64,000 nucleotides of DNA from Leidyana gryllorum EB-2025a (Eukaryota > Protista > Apicomplexa): contig JBLWGC010000205.1 in NCBI GenBank assembly GCA_048772705.1, positions 1-64,000 on the forward strand, written 5' to 3'. Of the stretch, positions 14,915 to 28,165 are shown one piece after another. The notes beneath the pieces are model-generated. The model saw nothing but the letters and a program-made list of their open reading frames with translations, made no database searches and was not told the origin of the DNA. A program made the position numbers and the translations under genes. Within the stretch, counting starts at the first letter, position 1; every line of letters begins with the position of its first letter.

Positions 14915-15558
14915 CTAAAATGAGGCGTCCAGAACCCGCATGAGTTGCTCATAAGAGATGCCAGGCGGTGTATGTGAGATACTCTCGGCTGCTGTTAATG
15001 CTGGATGAACTATGAGACCACTGCTTGTTGATCGCTCCCAAATCAGCTGGTTGCTAACCAGTCCGCCTACAGCTCGTACTGCGGCGGCAGCATCGTCCCT
15101 TGAGAGTGGAACCCTGTGGTACAATTGTCCAGTGAAGAGGATGGTATACCAAGCGCGTACCTGAGCCGCTGCGCAACTTCGAGTACGCTACGCTCGTCCG
15201 CCACAAAATCACTGCGGCACAACAGTCGTGCAGCGATATCCAAACTCATGGTCCGGAATGGGGACTGAATGGGCGTTGTCATTGTTTTGGAGGCACTGAG
15301 GCAGCTTACCTCACGCATCGTTTTCAGAAATGATCGAAGAGCTGTTGTGGACAATCCACGCAGGCCGCTGCGGGATGATAAAGTGGAATTGCTGCCTGTA
15401 CATACAAGAACGTTGTCTATCAACATGCTAGCTTCATCATTCGCTATTTTAATACACAACGAGCTGAACAGATCTTTCAAATCGTTCACAGATATGACTC
15501 CATCCTTATCACGGTCCAATCCAGCCAGGGAAGTGCGCTGAATATAGTCCTCAGCCAT
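14915..15558 (-). CDS. EF-hand-containing hypothetical protein
   Basis: MAEDYIQR..., EF loop DRDKDGVISVND. One GT-AG intron near 15114-15160 joins it to ...LMRVLDASF-stop. Confidence 0.55.
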
Positions 15559-15575
15559 CTTGGTGTGTGCGTCTC

Positions 15576-17343
15576 CTAGACACACACCGTATCAAGTGCG
15601 TGTGTCAGCGCCGCAAGGTGTGGTTCAATCACCTGTTGAATGTAAGGTGGATCGTCGAGTGTCAATAACGTACAGAGAAGCGTTCCGGGGCCGTGCGAAT
15701 CTGTTTGAGTGCTTCAGGCATCCTATTTTCGACCTCTTCTGGACTCAGTATCTTGGTTATGGTCTCAGGAAACTTGCAGGGGTGAGCCGTTGACAGCACA
15801 AGTGTACAGGCCTCATCGGTGGGCCGTAGCATGGCGGAGTGCATAGCCACTGAGGTATGCGGATCGATCAGATACTGGTAGTTCGTCCAAATGCTCCGAC
15901 AGGTGCTCAAAGTCTCTTCCTCACTGGTATGTACAGCCTCGAAGTCTGAAAAGTGTGTTGACCATAGCATGATCGAAACAAAATGGCATTCCCACCTGAT
16001 CGGAAGCATTTCAGAGTGTCTTCAGATAGCTGAAAGTATCCGTCGGTCTTGAGCTGACCTGAGATTTAGGCTGGTTGTTGAGGCTTACAATTACTTGACT
16101 CACTATACACGTCTTCGGTAGACTTGCCTCCACGGAGATGGTATAGAAGACGTTCGAAGTTGGACGAAACCTGAATATCGATGGCCGGACTCATTGTGGG
16201 AATGACTTCTTTCTGCGGAGATCAGTGAGCTTTTAGCGTCTGCTGTAGTGAAGCTTTACCAAGTCATATTTCCCGGTACTCCAGCAACGATAAAGAATGT
16301 CGTTACTATTACAAGCAATTCTCAGATGCCTGATTGGGCAGCCCATTTGTCGAGCGTACCATCCTGCAAGAATGTTCCCAAAATTACCCGTGGGGACGAC
16401 CACGTCGATGAAGGGAATGTTGGGGGAGGTTTCTCGAATTCTGAATGCCGCCCAGAAGTAGTAGACTATTTGACAGGCAATTCTCCCAAAGTTGACCGAG
16501 TTGACAGCGAGCAATTTGTACTTTTCGCGAAGTTCGGGTGACCCCATGGACATCTTGAGAAGTGCTTGGCAGTCATCGAAGGTGCCTGGTGTTGGTTCAG
16601 GATGGGTCTGATGCCGATCTCAATACCTTTGACCAACAGAACATTGATGTTGGAGTCGGGTACAGTGGTCATCTGGCGGCGTTGCATCTCAGAGGTGCGG
16701 CCTTCTGGCACCATAACGACACATCTCGCCCGCGGACGTGCGCGGAAACCTTAGCAGTGACGATGGTCCGGAGTTTGCGGGCAAAAACTCACCGCCGATC
16801 GCAGCACTGCCGGTGTCGCCTGAGGTGGCAACTAGAACGGTTCCATTCAGCTGTTGCTGTTCGAGGAGGTGGTTGATGATGCGGCCTGTGGTTCAAAGAG
16901 AGCCAGGGTACGGTGGGACCACACGAGGCTTTAGAGTACCGAGTAGGGTGAGGGCATAGTCTTTGAAAGACAAAGTAGGGCCATGGAACAGCTCCAAGAC
17001 AGCCAAGCGATCTTTGATCAGGTGGTGGAGTTGGGTCCAGGTGGGTGAGTCAAAGTCTGATCGGGTGTCTTCTACTATACGGACGATGTCATCACGGGAG
17101 AGGGGTGACTCTGCCGCAAAGAGGGTGAGGACCTCAATCAATAGCTGATCATATGACAAGTGGCTGTGCAATATGAAGTGTGCGGTTTGTGGGTTGTCGG
17201 TACCTCCACTCGGTTAAAGTGCGTTGATCGAGTTTGGGAATGGTTGTGGGGACAAAGAGGCCTCCATCGTGTGCCAACCCCTCCAGGATTGCTCGATCAA
17301 AGGTGACAACAGCAGTGTGACCCCGTGTGGACTGGAATTTCAT
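15576..17343 (-). CDS. THR4: Threonine synthase (PLP-dependent), multi-exon
   Basis: MKFQSTRG...GLAHDGGLFVP, ELFHGPTLSFKD (PLP Lys), ATSGDTGSAA, NSVNFGRI, VPTGNFGN, IDIQVSSNFER, DPHT, TAHPCKF. Confidence 0.95.
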
Positions 17344-17422
17344 CGTCAAAAATAATTATATCAGTGTGACTGACCGAGTGGCTGTCTGCCTGCTGTGCAT
17401 TCACTAATTCGTCAGACGGCCG

Positions 17423-19039
17423 ATGTCCACCTCTGAGAGCACTGACAGTATTCCTTCATTCAGGCGGTCCGCGTCTCGGGGATCGCTCACGTCGCGCGCA
17501 GGCTCGGTGACGACCCCTCATCAAGCCAAGGTGGTGGTGCCCTCCACGGGACTGGGCATGATGTCTGCCCGCAAGAGGAGTCCCGATCGCAATATGACCG
17601 CACCGCTCCCCTCACCGCTACCAGCTGGCCGTAGTGTAGCTCAAGATTTACTGTCATATGTACGACGGAATTGGGTGGAAGAGTCCATTGTCGTTAAAGA
17701 TTGCGACGGCGGCAGCCGTCCGGTTCCCAAGCTACTTTTGGTTGCACGGTCTCATGTGAGGTTCAATCTATCATTCTATGATCTCTTGTCGACACAGGTC
17801 TTTGAGACTATGCTCGATAGCAATAAATTCAAGGAATCCCAAGAAAAGACTGTCACACTGCCCGAATCAAAGGATCTTGTCGATCTATTTATCAACGCAT
17901 TAGTTAACGACCGGTAAGCCAGCCGAGATGCAATATCAAGCCAAGTCCCCCACAGGTGTGAAATGCTCGATCGTCTCCAAGAGGAATGCAACTCGCCATC
18001 GTTAGTGGAGATATCGCCAACACAGAGTGCGCGTGATTTGTTCTCCCCTGTGCTGGCTGTTGGCAATTTAGATATCGAAGATAGTCTCGTGCCAGACATC
18101 TCAGCCTCCTTGATGCCAAGACTGCACCAAACCCTCGCGACAGTGTTGGACCTACTAGCTATGGCGGTCAAGTACAACTTTGAGGTGAGATGAGTCAAGC
18201 ATACTATCAATAGATTCGGACGCGCCAGAATCTGAGACTGATGATAGAAGAAGCTCTAGTTACGACAGACCGCCTATGGTGCGAGCCGGCCTGCGTACTG
18301 GCAGTAATGCGAATTTGTGCCACCGGCACACTCGGCGACTCGACTACAGTGGAATCAAAGTGTGAGTCATCCAACTTCTTCTAGCTGACAACTTGCCAGG
18401 CAAGAGCGCGCTGCAGAACATGCGAGGGGGTGATATGCTGGCTTGGTTACTGGGTCATCCATTAACTTTCTGGCAGAAAACCCGACACGCTCATGTAGTT
18501 ATAACCCACTCAACGATTGGCGCCTATTTGTGCTCGGTAAGCTGAATGCCATTGAATGCCGTAAAGAGCACACACGTGTGCTTATTTCATTTTATGATCT
18601 GATTACCCTCCTGCTTGGCGCATAATTATGGATCAAACGCGGAGGGGCTTATGGTTTGTTGATCCCTTATCTTCGACGATTTGAATTCATGTTCGGTTGC
18701 TTGAAATGACGAAAGCACATGTTGGACTTGATGTAGGTCGCAGTGTCAATGACCGATACTGTATACTACGTTAAACTATTTTTGATTGAGAAGAAGCACG
18801 AGGAGCTGCATCGTGCCCTGCGTCCGTCCTCCCCGCGGCTGCAGCCGTCCAATATTCAATTATGGCATCAGCGAGTTCTTCTTGACGGGAAAAAGACTTT
18901 ACAAGAATGCCAATTGGCCGAAGGGGCGATTTTGTGCGTGAAGCTATCCGTCAGTTTGAAACGCCGGCGGCCGATGTCCCGGATGCCGGCGCCTCATGCA
19001 CCGTTCTCAGCTCGAGGATTTGTCTCGACAGGCTTGTAG
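17423..19039 (+). CDS. BTB/POZ domain plus C-terminal ubiquitin-like domain protein
   Basis: BTB-like 'PVPKLLLVARSHVFETMLDSNKFKESQEKTVTLPE'. Ubl-like 'VAVSMTDTVYYVK...IQLWHQRVLLDGKKTLQECQLAEGAIL'. Exons join in frame through GT-AG introns. Confidence 0.65.
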
Positions 19040-21163
19040 AGCTTGTCGGGTTGCGATACGAGCATCGAGGATGCCAGGATAGCGAGCATAACCTGTGGGA
19101 GAAGAGCCATAGTCCAAGTGGAGTGCAGGTCTGACTTACCAACAAAAGGTTCAGGATGGTACAGAGACCTATGGTATATCTCGAGCAATTCTAGAGGCGT
19201 GAGGTATGGACAAGCTGACCACACGACAGCTGTGATGGCTGCAACCAATGGAGAGGAGAAGGAAGTTCCCGTGACGAGTTTGCCGCCGAGTGTCTCCGCT
19301 GCGGACGATAATGAATGGAGCGCCAGTGCGTTTCGCTTACTGGATGCAGTGGCTGCGATGTTGACACCGGGGGCGTGAGCAGTGACGGCTTCTCCAAAGT
19401 TGGAGAAGAAAGCTCTTTTCCCGTCGATACCACTCGCACCAACGATGATTTGGTTGGGAAGGTTGTAGGCGGGTGGAGTCCAGGCTTCATTTGGGGGTCT
19501 GACGATTGATGAGATTTATGCAGGTGATACTACTGATTTCTGACACTTACGTGCTGGGGGTGCTGATGATTTGGCCCTTGTTTCCGGCGGCGCCAACGTA
19601 GAGATGGCCAAGACGAACGAGGACCTCAATTCCGTGTTTCTCGGCAGCAGACTTGCCCGGACCGCCATAAGAGTGATTAGAGATGCGGACGTCCATGGAG
19701 ACCAGGTAGTTGAGACCCTTTAAGATAGATGATTGACTCAAACTACCAGTCTTATCGTCCATGATCTTAATGCACAGAAGTTGACAGTTGGGGCACGCGC
19801 CAGCAATGCCAATATCGTTATTCCACTTCGACACCATGACGGCTCCCACCTCCTTTCCGTGGTCAGTGCCTCCGATAAGTGGGTTGTGTGTGTTCATGCC
19901 GAAGTCCTGAACGACGAGAGAGTGTTGCGGGGTCCAATCTATTTACTCACCTCTCCAATGCAGCCTGCAGTGACGCCATTTGGACGAGTGGTCTCAATCT
20001 GGCCCGGTCTGTGGATAAAAAGGAGCGATGGCGGGTAGCTGCGTTGTGTGTGTGTCTACTCACTTGCAGTCGTAGAGTCGGGTGTATTGGGGGAGGACAT
20101 CTTCGTTGCTGTTACATCCGGAGTCGAGGACACCAATGACCATTCCCGGAACGTATTTGGCGATGTCCTCAGGAGTGATGATGACTCTGCCTCCACTGGG
20201 CCAGGTTCCATCTTTGCGCATGTAGAATTTGACAATGTCTGCCATGGCGCTGAGTACATCCGTTCCGAATGGAACCTTCTGGCTGCGTCCGAACATGGCA
20301 TACTGTTGGCCGATGACGGGATCATTGGGCAGCTTGAGTGCGATAGATACGGACTGAGCACCTTCGAGGGTCTCATCGTCATCGGGCAGGTTGGCTATTT
20401 CGACGAGATCTCCCGGTTGGATGGTGCTGCGTAGTCCGGAAGCGTCAAGTCCTTGTCCTGAGAGCTCGGCAATGAGGCTTTCTATGTCTATGGGGGGCAT
20501 TTCTATCTCATCTGGGACTTCTCTGTGGGTGGAAGTTGGTTTGATATCGCGGACTTGGTCGAGTTCTGGTTCGGCCAGGAGACATCTGATCTGCGAGGAG
20601 AGTTCCACAATGCGTTCACCCGATAAGAAGGGGTTTTCCACAATGGTAATGTCAATGTGGTCGAGGTGGGTGTTGGAAGTGACGACAGGAACGGGTGTGT
20701 CCGACACGGTGGCACTCGATTTTTGTTCTCCGAGACGGCGTCGATCGGCAGGCGGCGGTCTGCCAATGAGACTGTAGACAGCATTGACATCTCCCCGGGC
20801 CTCAGCATCGAGGAGAGCATCGAGCTTTTCAGTAGTGCCGACCAAGTCTTTGGCGACCTGGACGTGGAGCCGGCTGAGTCCATAGGTACGGGGGTCAATG
20901 TCGACGGCGGCAAGTTTTCTGGACTCGGCTGTGGCGAGATCACTGTTTGTTTTCACCGGTTGTGCATTGAGAATGTGGGTAGCTTTGAGAATTTGGTCAG
21001 ATGTAATGTCATCGTCTTGGTGGCGTAGTTCACGGGCGTGTGGTCGATCGGATTTGAGGCAACTAGAGTCAAATGTGAGGATAACACGTTCGGGAAGGAT
21101 ATCGCCGACTTGGAGCGCAAGTAGCGGCGGGGAGAGGATGAGAGCAGCCGCTAGGAGCTTCAT
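19007..21163 (-). CDS. Secreted subtilisin-like serine protease (S8), multi-exon
   Basis: Signal peptide and prodomain. Asp VIGVLDSG, His DHGKEVG, oxyanion GAAGN, FFSNFG...APGVNI, Ser GTSFSSP. Confidence 0.9.
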
Positions 21164-21357
21164 CTGCGATTTCGTGTGCAGGGTTGATTTTCTGTCCTAT
21201 GGGGGGGCCGGTGCGGGGAAAAGGAATCGGTCAGTCAGTCCGAGTTGGGGGTCTGGTGCCAACATTGGATGAGGGCGGTGTGAAACAAAACGGAGAAACA
21301 GTGGTCAATGTTTGGGGCGTTTCTAATTTTTTTGGAGCCTGGGTGGCGAGTTGAGCA

Positions 21358-22030
21358 ATGGGGGCCTACAAGTACCTGCATGAACTGGGCAAGAAGAAGC
21401 AGTCGGATGTGAGCCGATACCTGTCTCGCGTCCGTACCTGGGAGTACAGACAGCTGCCGGCTGTGCACCGTGCCAACCGTCCGACTCGTGTCGATAAGGC
21501 TCGTCAGTTGGGCTACAAGGCCAAGCAAGGCTTTGTTATCTTCCGCGTGCGCGTCCGCCGTGGAGACCGTAAGAAGCGTGTTGCCAAGGGTATCGTCTAC
21601 GGAAAGCCCAAGCACCAGGTGAGTATTCGATTCGATTCTCCCCGCCTTAACACTCTTTTTCTTTGACTCTTAGGGTGTGAGAAAGCAGAAGAGCTCCTCT
21701 TCCCTCCGCGTGCTCGCCGAGCAGCGTGTTGGCCGCCGCGTCGCTGGAAACCTCCGCGTCATGAACTCATATTGGGTTGCTCAGGATGGTCTGTACAAGT
21801 ACTACGAGGTCATCCTCGTCGACCCGATGCACAACGCTATCCGTAACGACCCTAAGGTCAACTGGATTTGCGCTGCTCACATGAAACACCGCGAGTGCCG
21901 TGGAGTCACCGCCGCCGGCCGTGCCTCCCGTGGCCTCTTGGTCAAGGGTGGACACGCTGCCCGTCTCCGTCCCAGCAGACGTGGAGCCTGGAAGAGACGT
22001 CAGACCGAATCTCTCCGCAGATACCGATGA
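21358..22030 (+). CDS. RPL15: 60S ribosomal protein L15 (eL15)
   Basis: MGAYKYL...[13 protein letters not shown]...NSYWVAQD...RRYR. One intron, 21619-21673. Confidence 0.98.
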
Positions 22031-22089
22031 TCACTTGCGCTACAGCTGCTTAATGTTTTTCTCAGTGCAAATCTCCAACAAAAGAACCT

Positions 22090-25000
22090 ATGTTCGTTTG
22101 CCACTCAGGAAGGCCGTCCATCATACCCAATGTCGAGGCAGCAAAGCAACCCATAGTAAATGTCACAGTCGCACCCAATCAAAGGTGGCTATGCTGTCTG
22201 ACCAAAGGCTCCGTCGTCCTATTCGCCAATGATAGACTCAAACTCAGACCCATCGCCCGATGGTCCCGGTAAGACTGCCAGACTGCGACTCCGCGAGACC
22301 GATTGACTCAATGACTCAATGATGATTGACACTCGGATGTGCACTGTTTGACAATCCTCCCTCGGCCCTCACTGTGCCTTCAAATCGCCCCGCTGCGGCT
22401 CTTCCCCCCCCCACACACACACACACCCGCTCACCCGCCTTATGATTTTCTGCCTTGGACAGCGTGCCGGTGAACACGGGAACCTACGGAGATTTGATAG
22501 ACATATGTTGGGCGGCTGATTCATCCGCTCTGTATGCGCTGAGCAGTGATCAGAAACACATATGCGCCTTCGAGATACAGACTGCCACGCGAGAGCTGGT
22601 CCAATTCACTAGTTTGGACAGCAGTCAGATATCGGAGGACTCACTGCGTCGTCCCAGCGGTCCTCAGAATGTCAATAGTCGCAGTCTCACCCGTCTATTG
22701 GGCCTATGGGGCACGACAGATCCCGTGGACAGCCCCACAGCGGCTGCTGCAGGCGAGTCCCCTACACACAATACGGAGCCCAACTTGCTGTTCATGGCGC
22801 CCACAATGTCTTCCAGTGTAAGCTGCCGCCCGAAATGGGAGTGACTCTCCAACAAACTAATGCGCTTCTCCCCACTCCGCTGCCCCTTTGCTACCCAAGT
22901 TGCCCTCTCTCTATCTTTGATGTGTGCCCAGGAATGCGTGAAAGCGTCGTCCTATAAAGCGTTGGCCAAGGAGATGAGTCTGCCGCGACGTCTGCATCTG
23001 AATGCTGTGTTGGCGCTGCCACTGAAGCTCCACAAGATGGTGATGCCCTCGCTGAGTGTGTATCCGGACCTGTCGGGATGCGGGATCTGCGCCTTGGCAC
23101 TGCAACCAGCGATGATTCTGTTGGATCTCGGGAATGTGACGCGCGGTGTCAATTCTATACTGTATCTGGACGAATTGACTTTGAAGGTTGTGGGACAGAC
23201 CAGTCCCACTCTGTATGTTAGCTTGCGTACAATATGGCAGCGGGAATTAGCCGAACCGCAGGAGAGCCAATTAATATATCCCCCCAAAGAAAGAGACTCG
23301 AAGACGAGTCTCGCTGCTCTCTTAGCCCCCCCAACTGGCGGATCCTTGAGACATCGACCAACATCGCGCGTAAGTGGCGACTCGTTGAGGGAAATCAAAT
23401 GTGTGTGTGTGTGTCTTTATGTCAGGCGGCTCGAGATCCAGTGGAGCCATCGCCCGATCACCGCGGTGTTGTGGTGTGCGAGTTGTCTTCGAGTTCCAAT
23501 CTCGTCTTTGTGGCCTTCAACTGCGGTTGGGGGATATTGCTGCGCCTCAGCAGTTTGGTACCGGCCGTGCCGCAGAGTAAGCGGGCGGCGTCCAACTCTT
23601 CCAGCGGGGCGCAGAACACCCCTCCGGAGCCTATGGGGCGCACCATCCCCTCGGGAGGCGCTAACATTGTCGCCTTTAAATTCATAGAGCATCGACGCGA
23701 AGCTGTGATGCTTCGCAGTGATGGAAGATTAGTCCTGATGGGGTTCGAGCAATAGTAAGTCCCCCGAACCGCCGAGTCGCTCACTCGTCGTTGTGTTAGT
23801 ATGAATGTGGGGTTCACTCAGACCCTCATAGAGACACAGCTGAAAGTGCCATCGGTGCCGGCGACAGTGTTGTCGCCTATGATGTCCGGGGGTGCCTTTG
23901 CGATCGGCACAGAGACCGGCACTCTGGCGGTGGTCGATCGTGCGGGTACTTTATTGTACCATTTGCCCAAACCGGAGCCCGATATGGAGATCAACGACGC
24001 CGTATGGACCAACGACGATTGCTTTATGGTCGCCGTCGGGGGTCCGTCTCTCTTCGGCCTCGACTTTGTTCGGTCTGCCGTCATCTCACCCTCTCTCAAG
24101 ATACCCTATTCCAGTGTGTCCTCGTACGGGTGAGTAGTAACGAGTGAGTGGGGGCGGCAGGCATCCAGCCGGCGTCCAGAAACACTCCCGACATTCACTG
24201 AGTGCAGAGCTTTGTTGGAGCGAAAGGGATTACGTTTGGTCGTTGAGCGTCCACAGGACGTCAGCGAAGTCACGTGGAGAACCATCCCGTTCTCCGCAAG
24301 TCACATTCGCATCAGTGGTTTTGTGATGAATTCGAGCGTCACTTATGGATTGCTCAATGCGGATGAGAGTTTACGCGTTGTTTGTCTCCGTATGCGAGAC
24401 GCCTATTGGGCAACGCTGGCATCGGCCAATGTCATCGAGACCCATTCCTCCGTGTACTCGCGATTCCGGTTCGAGCCCGAGGGTCCAATCGGTTGGTACC
24501 TCGAAGACGTTCTCTTTTACACAGCTCGGGTGACTCCTCAGTAAGCGCTCCCGTTCGCGGCTCCAACAATCTTTCCCTCTCTCTCTCTCTCAGAGGAACG
24601 ACTGTGTCGAGTTTCAGCATTGTATTCTGTCGCTTGAAACACGGCCGAGGGTCGCAGATCGGAATGAGATTTCTGGGCTGCACCAAACCCTCGACATTGT
24701 TACCCACCCATCTCACCATTCTGACCGACGATGTGCTCTGGCGCCCCAGCGCCAATGAATCAATACCGCCCGATAACGAGAGCTCTCACGCTGCCCTTCA
24801 CGGGCTGATGCGGTCTCTCTCGACTCCTCATCCAATGGAGTTATCTGAGGCCGGACTCCCTGTTTTTGGCATTCTCTACGCCGACAGCAGCTTCACGTGT
24901 CTCACTACACACACCTCCGCTGCTCAATGCCGATCCAATCACCGTTGCAGCACTTCGTTCTGCCGAACGTATCTCTCTCTCCAAAATGACGCCCCCTTGT

Positions 25001-27007
25001 CTCTGTGGTGCTTCTCCACTATATACGTCTGTTCCACTGGACTCCGCTCTCCCCTCGAAATAAGATTCGTCATCGACGCCTTCACTCTACTCATCCGGTA
25101 AGTCGTCGTCGTCGTCGTCCCCTCCCTCTATCGCCAAATCTCTTCCGCCTGCCTCATCAGAGACTGTCGAGCGCAATTGAGATTGGGTCACATTTGCGAT
25201 CCCAGCGGCAACGAACGCAAAATGGTCACAGCCGGACACGTCAAACCCATCCGATCGTAAGTCTCGTTGGAAACACACACACACACTCGCACACTCGCAC
25301 ACTTTGTTCTGCAGGGCGGCGACGAATCTTCAAGTTTCCGCTCCGTTACTGCCCAAACCGGTCATTTGTATAGCGTCTTTGGTCCCACCCACGGCTCCTT
25401 TCACCCATAAGTGAGTGACCAATCTTCGTTCGGATCACTTTAGGTGGTGCCAACGCTTTCAGGCCTGACTTTGTCATGTTGGGTCAGCGGAGTGTGGCCG
25501 ATTTCGAGTACTGTGTGCAGACTCGAGGATGGGTTGTGTCTCCGCCCAGTCGGAAACAGGCGACCCCCCGAATGCTCAACGCGGCAACAGCTCCACAATT
25601 GGATGCGCAATCGATCGATGCTCAGACCCAACTTTTGGCCGCGTCCACCACATGGTACAATCAGTTCAGAGCTGCGAGCTTCGATCACGAAGAACGACTC
25701 AGTTCTCCGCGAACGCGATCCGCTGAGAGCAAAGATTCACAGTAAGCGCAATTTTGTCGGGCAGTTCAGCAAACTGTTGTCCCAATGCAGCGAGGATATA
25801 TTGACTCAGGCGCCCGGATGGCATTTTGTCTCGGGAGCCATTGGCCACCACCCCTCTTTGCAGTTGAGCGCGTCTTCCTCATCAGTGACCCACGCGGCGA
25901 CGGGAACATCGATCTCTGATCGCACCGATATTTTGACCGGACTCGAGTTTGCGAATGATAGAGAGGCCACCCGGCAACGGCGAAGCGCCAATGAATATTT
26001 CAAGGCGACTCCTCGATCAACGCTCGCCAAACGGTCTCATCGACGTCAGAGTAAAGTCGGAGAAGAAGTAATGAATGATGACGCAATTCAAGTCGCTCGG
26101 ATCGGCAAGCTGGCCAAAGCGGCCTACACTCGGGTACTGCAGGGTGAGTGAATTCATTTGTGGGGGGGGGGACGCGAATCTTCGAGTTTGACTCTGACTT
26201 TGGTGACAGACGATCTCACTCGCTCGGAACCCGTCGAAGTCGCTGCCACAATGAACGCGACTCTCCCGGAATCAGACTTTGCGTCCGGAGGCGTTGACTT
26301 GGCCGCTCACTGTCACGATGGATCTTACCTTCTGAATTTGTCAATCAGTATTTTCCCGTAAGCTAAGGGGGCGACGGATTGAGACTCAATCGACTTTAAT
26401 CGCCACAGCTTTGCCCCTCGGAGTCCCATAATGATTCGGGGACGCAGTTTCGCCCCGCGACATCGATCGCCTGCCGGCAGCGATGAGGAGGGCGAAGCTG
26501 GGCCGAACCTTTGGACACAAAGATTGAGCTGCCGAACGGTCAAAATGCTCCATTTGGACGGACAGGCGGCCACCATTCCCATAGCTGTGTCCAAAGTGAT
26601 GGATTCTGTGTTATACGCGCGAGGCAGATCGTGGACCAGCCGTAATTGCAATGATCAGAACGGCAGGTAAGAGACGCGATATGCGCGCCAACTGCACAAT
26701 ACCTCTTGTTGCCGCAGCTCAACGAGCCGAGTCGCGAGCGCTGCGCGAAAATTGAGCGGCACTGATCTCAAATTTGTGTCCTTCCCGATGCTGGCGAAGG
26801 TATTGGCCCATCTGGCAATGTCTCCAAGTCAATGTCTCGTGTTCTGTGGGAACTCGACCCAAATCAATATCAACAGTTTCAAGGCTCTATGTCTACCCGC
26901 CCTCATCAGCTATCTGCACGCGAGACGCTCACTGGAAGAAGGAATGATTCAACTGCTCGACAAAGCTATGCCGCAGCTCCAGCTGCGCCTCAAATCTACA
27001 GATGAGT

Positions 27008-27067
<60 letters not shown>

Positions 27068-28157
27068 CCCCTCCATAATCCATTATCGGCAATGCAGCGA
27101 GGAGACGGCGACCCCCTCTGCTATCAAAGCTGCTTTGGAGCTTTCAGCATCTCAGCCGGCTATTGTAGCGCTGAGTATATTTTTGACTCAGATCAAAGAG
27201 TTGCCGGTCGACCTGACCTCAGTACTGGTTCGGACTAGTCGTGTTCACGAGCCCTTAGTGACGCCGTTTGTAGTGATGCCCCTGGCTGGGTACACTCTCG
27301 AGCGGCTGTTCTTCCATCTGTTGGGCGAGAGACAGTTGCGGACGGCAATGAATCTGTTGGTACCCCTTCAGCAGGCTTGTGGCCCAGATGTGACTCGGGT
27401 GCGATATGGATGTGTCCTACTGGAACACGCACTCAAGACCGGCTCTTTGCCGGTTGTAATGGATCTATTGCGATTTATGGGTAACAATACTGTCCTCTCT
27501 GGCGCCCTCTGGCAACCAGCCAAGTTGGGCACAGCATCACTCGTCGAGGAAGCAATCGAAGAGGTCATCGCTGCCTTTGTCGGCAACGCTCTGATCGACC
27601 ACCAATGGCGCCTGCTGCTGTCTGTGGTCTCCAGTCTGAGACTAAATCTTCCACAGTGAGTGTTACGACGGCTGTTGTCTGCCGGAGATAGCACCACCCA
27701 CAACTTCTCTGCTCACTTCAACTTTCATCAGATGGGCAAAGTTGGTGCTTCCGCGGTTGAGGAGTGTGTATGGAATGACGGATTTGAGCGAGAGTGTGAA
27801 CCCGGAGTTGGCAGCCGAATTCCAGAGTAATTGTGTCCAGAGGGCTGTTCGAACTTTGCGACAGGCGTTCAGTGAGTGCGATTGGGGGGCCATTTAGTGT
27901 CACATTTCCGGTCTGCAGTCCTGAAATTCCGATGTGTACCACTATGTGATGTAGTTTATATGTCTAAGGACGGTCGAGTGGTCCCACCCCCTCCTCCCGA
28001 GAGGCGTCCGAGAGAAATGTTACCAGCGGATTGGGGACTGCATCTGCTGTTTGCGACGGCTTTGGTGTGTCGGTTGCCAATCCTCGCAACCGCACTGGCT
28101 GTGGCCTGCGCGGACCCTCTGTACCTACAGCGAACCGGACGGGCTCACCATAGATAA
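22090..28157 (+). CDS. RIC1: RIC1 (Rab6/Ypt6 GEF subunit)-like, multi-exon
   Basis: WD-like N-terminus ('ICWAADSSALYALS'). C-terminal RIC1-domain pattern 'LVRTSRVHE...LERLFFHLL...LRTAMNLLVPLQ...LLEHAL...DLLRFM'. Internal exons are approximate. Confidence 0.7.
27011..27066. repeat. Perfect (TG)28 microsatellite in an intron
   Basis: Begins immediately after the gtaag donor in RIC1. Confidence 0.95.
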
Positions 28158-28165
28158 TAAAAAAA

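Noticed and set aside
14915-17343. Threonine synthase-EF-hand fusion
   Set aside because: After splicing, the synthase stops at 15576, 17 bp before a separate ATG.
22269-22461. Box C (ATGATGA) in the long RIC1 intron, and likewise in the VPS51 intron
   Set aside because: No downstream CTGA box D or terminal stem, so no C/D snoRNA was called.
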